Source of the DNA: Desulfosudaceae bacterium
GTDB taxonomy: Bacteria; Desulfobacterota; Desulfobacteria; Desulfobacterales; Desulfosudaceae
DNA: 64,000 bases
Assembly: GCA_963674745.2 (NCBI GenBank)
Contig: CAXXDV010000001.1
Coordinates: forward strand, 288,001-352,000
Direction of reading: 5' to 3'
The position numbers were made by a program, and so were the translations under genes. The first letter of the stretch is position 1, and each line of letters starts with the position of its first letter. The notes under the pieces are model-generated. The model ran no database searches. It had not been told where the DNA came from and saw nothing but the letters and a program-made list of their open reading frames with translations. This document shows positions 59,225 to 64,000 of this stretch, in pieces.

Positions 59225-62200
59225 ATGAAAAAATACAAACCGCTGAAACTATTGATAGCCGGCACCGGCATTACGGTCGCCGTCTTGTTCGGCCTGCTTC
59301 TCGCCGGCATCATGCTGATCAATTCGGACGCGACCGGGCAATGGCTTGAAAGCCGGATCAACAGTCGTCTGAACGGTCATCTGACCATCGGCAAACACCG
59401 GTTGTCCCTGGCCGGGCAATACCTGGAGGTCACCGGGCTATGCCTGTCTTCAGCCGGAGACCGGCCGCTGATCAGCGTCGGACGGCTGATGGTGGGACGT
59501 CAGCCTGCCGCACCTCGTCAACCGCACCCTGAAAATAAACACCCTGCACCTGGAAGACATGACGGCCGACCTGGAAACCGGTCCCGAGGGCGAATTGAAC
59601 CTAATGTCCATCCTTCGCCGGGAAGAAAAGCCTCAACCGGATACCCATCCGCCGGACAGGCACTTTTCCGGCCTGTTTCTGCCCCGAACAGTTTCGGTGG
59701 ATTCCCTCCTGCTGACCAACCTTCATATCGCCCTTAAAACCGTCAAAGGAACGGTTGATTTGCGTTGCCCGGCCATGTCACTTTCCGGCAAAGCCGATCT
59801 GCAGGATCAGTCCGGACGGCTTAACGTTGACAGCAGAGACTGGCTGGTCACCACCCCGGACCTTTCCCTGCAGATAAACACCTTTACCGCCAAAGCCGCC
59901 TTTAGTGACGGTCAATTCGACCCACTGGTAGTTGAAGCAGACTCGTCCGCCGGCTCGGTAAAAATCACCGGCCGGATCCGGCAGGTCTTGATGGACCCGC
60001 AGGCCGATCTGTCCATGGAAAGCAGCCTTGACTTAGCTGGTGTCAAAAACCTGTTGGGGTTCAATCAACCCGTTTCCGGCAAGGCCGACCTCAAAGCAAC
60101 ACTCAAGGGTAATTTCAATGATCCCGTTTTACAGGCTGAACTGACAAGTCAACAGGCGTTTATCGGTCCTGTTTCACTTATCCTTGATATGGCCGGACAT
60201 CTTGAAGGCGGCGTCTTGCATCTTGACAGGCTGTCAACCCGGGCCGACGGCATCGACCTGAACGGCCGGGGCCAGTACGCCATGAAGACAGGTGATATCA
60301 GTGCCATCCTTGAAGTGACCGCGGAAAACATTCACCAAACCGCCGCCATTACCGGATTCAAGAACGTTTCCGGCCGTTTGGACATGACGGCCGAGGTGTC
60401 GGGAAAAATCACCGATCCGACCGCCGTCCTGGAAATTGATGCCAGTGATTTTGGCATTCCGTCCCTCACCCTTGATCAGATCAGCGGCCGGGCGGATCTG
60501 TCAGGCGGGCGCCTGGTTGTTCAACATCTGGATCTCGAGCGGCTGGATTCACACTGCCAGGTCACCGGAAGCATGCAGTTGATGGACGAAAAAACCGGAA
60601 AGTTTTCATCCGATCCGGCGGTTGATTTCACCATTACGCAAGGCACTGTCAACCTGGCGGACTTTAAACGTGACCAGTTAAAAGGCCGGGTAGCGATCCG
60701 GGGTCACATCAACGGCACGGCCCAAAATCCGACCGGGAACCTGTCCTTGTGGGCCGACGAACTTGAAACACCCGCCATGCGTGTACAACAGGTAGAAGTA
60801 GCAGCGGTGCTTTCCGATGATACTGTCGACATCACCTCTTTCACGGCCGGTTTTTCCGGCGGCCAACGCGTGATCGGTTCCGGCAATCTGTCCCTGAAAA
60901 AGAGAACCTATGATTTTAACCTTGAATCCTCGGGGATATCCCTTGCCCGGATCAAACCGATCCAGGCCGGGGGCCTTGTGGACGGGACCGCCCGGTTTGC
61001 CGTATCGGGCCGGGGCAACTGGTGGGAAATCCCTTCATTGGATGGCAGCCTGCGTCTCGATCGGCTGTTGTTTGCAGACAAGGCCTTGGACAATTTTGCG
61101 GTTGATGTCAGCTTCAACCATCACCTGATGGATATCCTTGTTCATGGTGACCCGGCAGCCAGGGGCACGGTGGACCTGACGGACATGCGCTTTTCGGCCC
61201 AATGCGAAATGGCGGAAACGGCACTGGCACCCTGGTTCGCCCTGGCCGACCGATCTGATCTGGGTGGACTGGTATCGGGCCGATTGAAAGCCGAGGGCAG
61301 CCTGACCGATATTACCGCCATGACCGCCTCAGCCGAAATCGAGCAGGTGGTCCTGTCTCACGATCGCCACGGCGAAGTCCGGACGCGCCCCTTTCGCCTG
61401 AATTATCAGGATGGGCTATTGCATGTTCCGAATATTCGTCTGGTCGTTGCTGAGACGGAAACCGTCGACATCAATGGCCGTATCGGCATTGACGGAACCA
61501 TGGATATGGCGATCAGCGGCGCAGTGCCTTTTGCCATACCCGCCATGTACATCCCTGAAGTCCTGAATCCCGACGGACAATTGCTGGTGGACGCCGCTGT
61601 TTCAGGGACAACCGTTAGCCCGATCGTGACCGGCGGGCTTTCGCTGTCCGACGTCGGTCTGCAGTTACCCCAGATGGCCAATAAACTTCATGATATCAAC
61701 GGCCGTATTGATCTTAAGCCGGGAGAAATCCAGATCACCGATCTTCATGGCGGCCTGGGGAAAGGCCGGTTCCGGATTTCAGGCAGCGCCGGTCTGGAAG
61801 GATATCTACCAAAGACCATGAACATCCGCCTGCAAGGCGATTCATTGCCGATCGTCGTACCGGATGTAATGGACCTGAAAGTGGATACCGACCTGACCCT
61901 CGTCAGAAACCCGGACCAGTCGCTTGTCCGGGGGGGTATCATCCTTCTTGACGGCGTATACTATAAAGACGCGAAAATTGCCGGATATACGGACGTCATC
62001 CTGTCCACGCTTGAGAAGAAAAGAGCTCTGCAGCCTGATGCCGAACAAGGATTGCCTTCGTTTATTACCGACATGGCCCTGGACATAACCGTCGGGTACC
62101 GTCATCCGCTCAAAATAGACAACAACATCGCCCAGCTGGCTGTTCAGCCGGATATAACCGTCAAGGGCAGCGCGGGCAATCCGGTCGTTCTGGGGGAGGC

Positions 62201-62792
62201 CAGGACCAATTCCGGTGAGGTCCAGTTTCAAGGCACCATTTTCCAGGTAGAAAGCGGCATCATCAGTTTTACCAATCCCTACAAAACAGAACCCCATATC
62301 AACATCACGGCCGTAACCACCGTCAAACAGTGGCAGATCCGCCTTGCGGCCACCGGCACTCCGGATCAGCTCGAGGTGTCGCTGACCTCCGATCCCCGGG
62401 AAGAGCAGGGAGACATTCTGTCCTTGCTGCTTTTCGGCAAACCTGCACGGGACATGAACACCGGCGCCTCTCAAAAACCGGCGGAGATTCTGGCGATCTT
62501 TTTAGCTGAAAAAGCGACGGATAACATTAAAAACATAACCGGACTGGATATCGTTGAAATTTCCGCCAATGGTGATACCGGCGAAGAAGAGGTCGCCCAG
62601 GGAAGAATCACCCTGGGCTCCAAGCTGTCTGACCGCCTGTCCTTCAAATACTCCGTCAAATCGGGGAAGGACGGGGTTGTCCAGGAAAACGCTTCGGAAT
62701 ACCGGTTAACGGAAAATACGACCGTGTCGGGTTTTCAGGACAACCAGGGCATTTTCGGAGGGAGGTTGATTTACAGGCTTGAATTCAGATAA
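59225..62792 (+). pseudogene. tamB: TamB-family translocation/assembly protein split by a +1 frameshift near 59495
   Basis: The N-terminal anchor ORF and a 1077-aa ORF with a DUF490-like end join if one G of GTGGGAC is removed. Confidence 0.8.
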
Positions 62793-62802
62793 AGAGCTCA
62801 TA

Positions 62803-64000
62803 ATGTCGGAAAACATTACAACTCGGAATGCGCTGATAATCTGGGTATTGATGTTGTGGAGCCTTCTATGCTGCGTCTCCGCAATGGCCGATACTTCTTC
62901 CGTAAAGCAACCGCCGGACGTTGACCAGAGCCAGTTATCCGGCAGGCCGGTTTCGGGGCTGGATATCAATATTATCGGGCCGGAGAAAGGCACGTCCCGC
63001 TGGACCGATATAGCTGCAGCTTTAATCGACTTTTCCGAAGGAGATCCGTTTTCTCCAACCCGCCTGCAGCGATCCCTGGATCATTTAACGGCCTGCGGCT
63101 GTTTTGACGATATAAAGGCCCTCGCCGAACCGGAAAATGAATCCGTTGCTGTCCGGTTCGACTTAACCGTCAACCGTGTCATCCGTGAAATTGATATTCA
63201 AATCAAAGGACGAGATGGTATTTTTAAGAGTGATATTCTTGAAGCCATGTCCGTTTATCCGGGCCAGACCTTCTCCACCCGGAAGGCGGCCAGGCAGAAA
63301 GATATTATCACTGAGCTGCTCAACGCCCGGGGATTTTCCTCGCCGACAATCGAAATCGAAATCCGCGAGAACGATACGGATTATACGGTGCTGTTACGCG
63401 TGATAATATCACTCGGACCGCGTAAAATCATAAAAGCCATCAATGTTTCCGGAAACACGGTTTTTTCCGACCTGCGACTGAAAAGCCGATTGAAGACCTG
63501 GCGAAAATTTCTTTTTTCCGGCCGATCAACCCGACTGAATGAACGGATATTAAACCAGGATATCAAAGCACTGGCCGAGTTCTACTGGCGCAAAGGGTAC
63601 CCGGAAGCGACGGTCGACTATAGGCTGGAGATGAACGAGAAAGGCAACCGCGTTACTATCCTGCTCAACGTCCTGGAAGGCCCCCGATACAAATTCACGT
63701 TTTCCGGCAATGAACATTTCTCAGGCCGAACCCTCAAAAAAGAACTGACCTTTTTTTCAAAAGGTGACCAGAACGGCCTGGGAATCCGAAAAAGCGTGAA
63801 AAACATCAAAACCCGCTACCAGAATACCGGATATCTGAACCCGAACATAATCGTTGAAGAGAATGTCCGTCAAGCAGATGACGGGCCGGAAAAGGAACTT
63901 GTTTTCCGGGTGAATGAAGGCCGTCAAACCCTGGTTCGATCCGTCAAGATTATTGGCAATACCGGCCTTACCGATGAGCAGATACACGAACAGATGCTGA
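62803..64000 (+). CDS. Omp85 family (TamA/BamA) protein, POTRA region (runs off the window)
   Basis: ATG 62803, signal peptide MSENITTRNALIIWVLMLWSLLCCVSAMA; POTRA-like motifs EGDPFS, FYWRKGYPEA, EGPRY, FSGN; follows tamB. Confidence 0.85.
   Translation, partial: MSENITTRNALIIWVLMLWSLLCCVSAMADTSSVKQPPDVDQSQLSGRPVSGLDINIIGPEKGTSRWTDIAAALIDFSEGDPFSPTRLQRSLDHLTACGCFDDIKALAEPENESVAVRFDLTVNRVIREIDIQIKGRDGIFKSDILEAMSVYPGQTFSTRKAARQKDIITELLNARGFSSPTIEIEIRENDTDYTVLLRVIISLGPRKIIKAINVSGNTVFSDLRLKSRLKTWRKFLFSGRSTRLNERILNQDIKALAEFYWRKGYPEATVDYRLEMNEKGNRVTILLNVLEGPRYKFTFSGNEHFSGRTLKKELTFFSKGDQNGLGIRKSVKNIKTRYQNTGYLNPNIIVEENVRQADDGPEKELVFRVNEGRQTLVRSVKIIGNTGLTDEQIHEQML

Noticed and set aside
1..64000. tRNA/rRNA genes (including selC), integrases and transposases
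   Set aside because: None were recognised by eye; tRNAscan-SE/Infernal would be needed to exclude them formally.

Overview
Bacterial chromosomal window, most likely from a sulfate-reducing Desulfobacterales-type deltaproteobacterium (inferred from gene content and repeat families). Positions 1-26 kb are mostly housekeeping: dnaX end, ybaB-recR-murI, infC-rpmI-rplT-pheST, ftsH-folP-coaX, pilT/pilU, fur-feoAB, proC, ccdA/thioredoxin and a class A PBP. Positions 26-55 kb are accessory: envelope-modification genes, a tetraheme cytochrome, a probable sigma54-driven trx/RACo(ASKHA)/DUF1638/flavin-disulfide reductase operon, selD, a sucrose module, a five-PAS hybrid kinase and a TetR-controlled corrinoid methyltransferase operon. 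The window ends with an acyl-CoA synthetase, an AsmA-like gene, frameshifted tamB and a partial Omp85 gene. The main finding is missed by the ORF track: the URO-D/MtaA-family methyltransferase (50796-51983) has an in-frame TGA at the family's conserved C-terminal Cys (GGFILAGG-U-EIPP). It reads on to a TAA overlapping the next ATG, so it is probably a selenoprotein corrinoid methyltransferase. selD also has an in-frame TGA with a SECIS-like hairpin. infC starts at ATA, several miniature inverted-repeat elements sit at stop codons, and paired inverted short-repeat arrays enclose a gene remnant. All assignments come from motif recognition by eye; no searches were run.
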